A stretch of 63,725 nt of DNA, counting the filler, from Diploschistes diacapsis (lineage: Eukaryota), in NCBI GenBank assembly GCA_023645945.1. It is 23 parts of 23 records of this genome, joined end to end, with 100 filler letters (N's around TTAATTAATTAA, not from the genome) between each part and the next. Parts side by side here need not be neighbours in the genome. Positions count along the whole stretch, not along the records: positions 62,609 to 63,725 come from JALAIB010003893.1; 22 more parts are not named here. One strand, 5' to 3'. The position numbers and the translations under genes are program-made. Below are positions 62,609 to 63,725 of the stretch, piece by piece. The notes below the pieces were generated by a model. The model ran no database searches. It saw only the letters and a program-made list of their open reading frames with translations, and had not been told where the DNA came from. Within the stretch, counting starts at the first letter, position 1, and each line of letters starts with the position of its first letter.

Positions 62609-63725
62609 ATCGCCTGAATAGTTAAATTAGATTCTAAGGGATACGGCTTCCGTCCCATTAAGTTAATTTTAATTAATATCCCGTTGATCTTATATTAATT
62701 AATCTATTAACGGATAAGTATTCTAATATTCTTTAAATTTATCTTTACAATTTATTAAGTTCGCCGAAGGTTCCCATATGTCCTAACTTTTTGGATATCT
62801 TTTCTATCTAATTCGATACTTGCTTTCTTTTACGTCAATAATTTCTTTAATTTCGTTTTCGTTTTCGTTATCTAATTCGAAATAGAAGGTCTTTTATAAT
62901 AATATATCTAAATATACGAATTCGAGATATTTAGAATGAAATACTAAATAAATCTTTACGTCCTTTAATAGCTTAAGTCGATAATTAACTCGTTTAGTTT
63001 CGTCTAATATAACGGGTTATTTATCGATAAAAAAGAATCCGACTTTGACGTGATTTAGCTTTTTAAAGGGTCTACGTGTCCTAAAATTGTCCGTGTATAG
63101 GTAAACTGTGGTAGTCGCTGAGCTGGCTGGTGGATTGCTTGGGATTGTTGCTGGGGCAGGTAGTGCTGACCTCGCTGCCGAGGCATCATCTATGACGATG
63201 GTGCTTGGCATCTACTGTATATAAGTAGATTTTGCTACAGATTAGCTACAAATGCAGACTCACTTCTCTCACTAAGTTTCTTTGCCATAAACCTTATCCC
63301 CCTCCTTCAACTAAGGATTCTTTCTTAAAACCTTAATTTTATTAATATTATTTAATGTTTCGTTATTGGGTGATATTGTATTTTAAACCTTTTTAATCTT
63401 TTTATATTTATTATTAAGGTAGTATTCGGCGTTCGGTAATAATTTAACTTAATTATTTATGTTTTAATTGATATAATGTCGTAAATATTGCTTTAAAGTT
63501 TAATTTATTCTTTTTATTTAACCGTCTATTTATAAATAATAAGCGTTTAAATACTTTAACTTCGTGCCGAACGTTTCTATTATGATTTTTTAATATTTTA
63601 AAATAAAGAGTTTATTTCTGTCGTTGATGATTTCTTTTGAATGTTCGTGAATTTTTATAATTCGATCCATTTATATGTGATATAATTGTTTTGCGTTATA
63701 GTCTTTTTTGAAAGATATGTAGTAC
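62609..63725 (-). mobile_element. RIP-degraded chromovirus (gypsy) integrase C-terminus with chromodomain
   Basis: LKEGDKVY / LY..N.RT.RP.KKL.HVK.G(P)F; chromodomain-like EI(E)EIID.KESKYRIR(W)K(G)YPKS.D.WEPSANL at about 62740-62860. Confidence 0.78.
63107..63287. mobile_element. Solo LTR (181 bp) with 5-bp TSD TAAAC, little mutated
   Basis: TG...CA termini; TAAAC at 63102-63106 and 63288-63292; removing it restores integrase GDKVYLY. Confidence 0.85.

Noticed and set aside
38195..63725. AT-rich contigs as mitochondrial or bacterial endosymbiont DNA
   Set aside because: They contain degraded gypsy, copia and pogo motifs with transition-biased divergence, and one LTR family also abuts the nuclear gene contig at 19112.

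Overview
This is filamentous ascomycete (Pezizomycotina-type) genomic DNA, and it is not one locus. It consists of 23 contigs joined by an artificial 100-nt spacer (44 N + TTAATTAATTAA + 44 N). Two ~19 kb gene-rich contigs (1-19011, 19112-38094) carry intron-containing genes: FMT1, a voltage-gated proton channel, a PP2C phosphatase, NUP133, RAD23, an MDR1-type ABCB transporter, SMP3, a PLAC8 protein, a PalI/SUR7 protein and a FAD2/FAD3-like desaturase. They also carry three or four decayed accessory genes. The other 21 contigs are ~1.12 kb each, sorted by length and very AT-rich. They are junction fragments of heavily RIP-mutated transposons: Ty3/gypsy (including a chromovirus), Ty1/copia, Fot1/pogo-like TIR elements, a hAT-like non-autonomous family with ACACGG arrays (one complete copy with an 8-bp TSD), an unclassified bipartite-TIR family with GGCGAAACT arrays, several LTR families (two solo LTRs with 5-bp TSDs) and two tRNA relics. 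I found no convincing new multi-gene system. The best leads are the unclassified repeat-array transposon ends, the CpG-sparing RIP spectrum and the tRNA relics. All family assignments come from motif recognition by eye; no searches were run.
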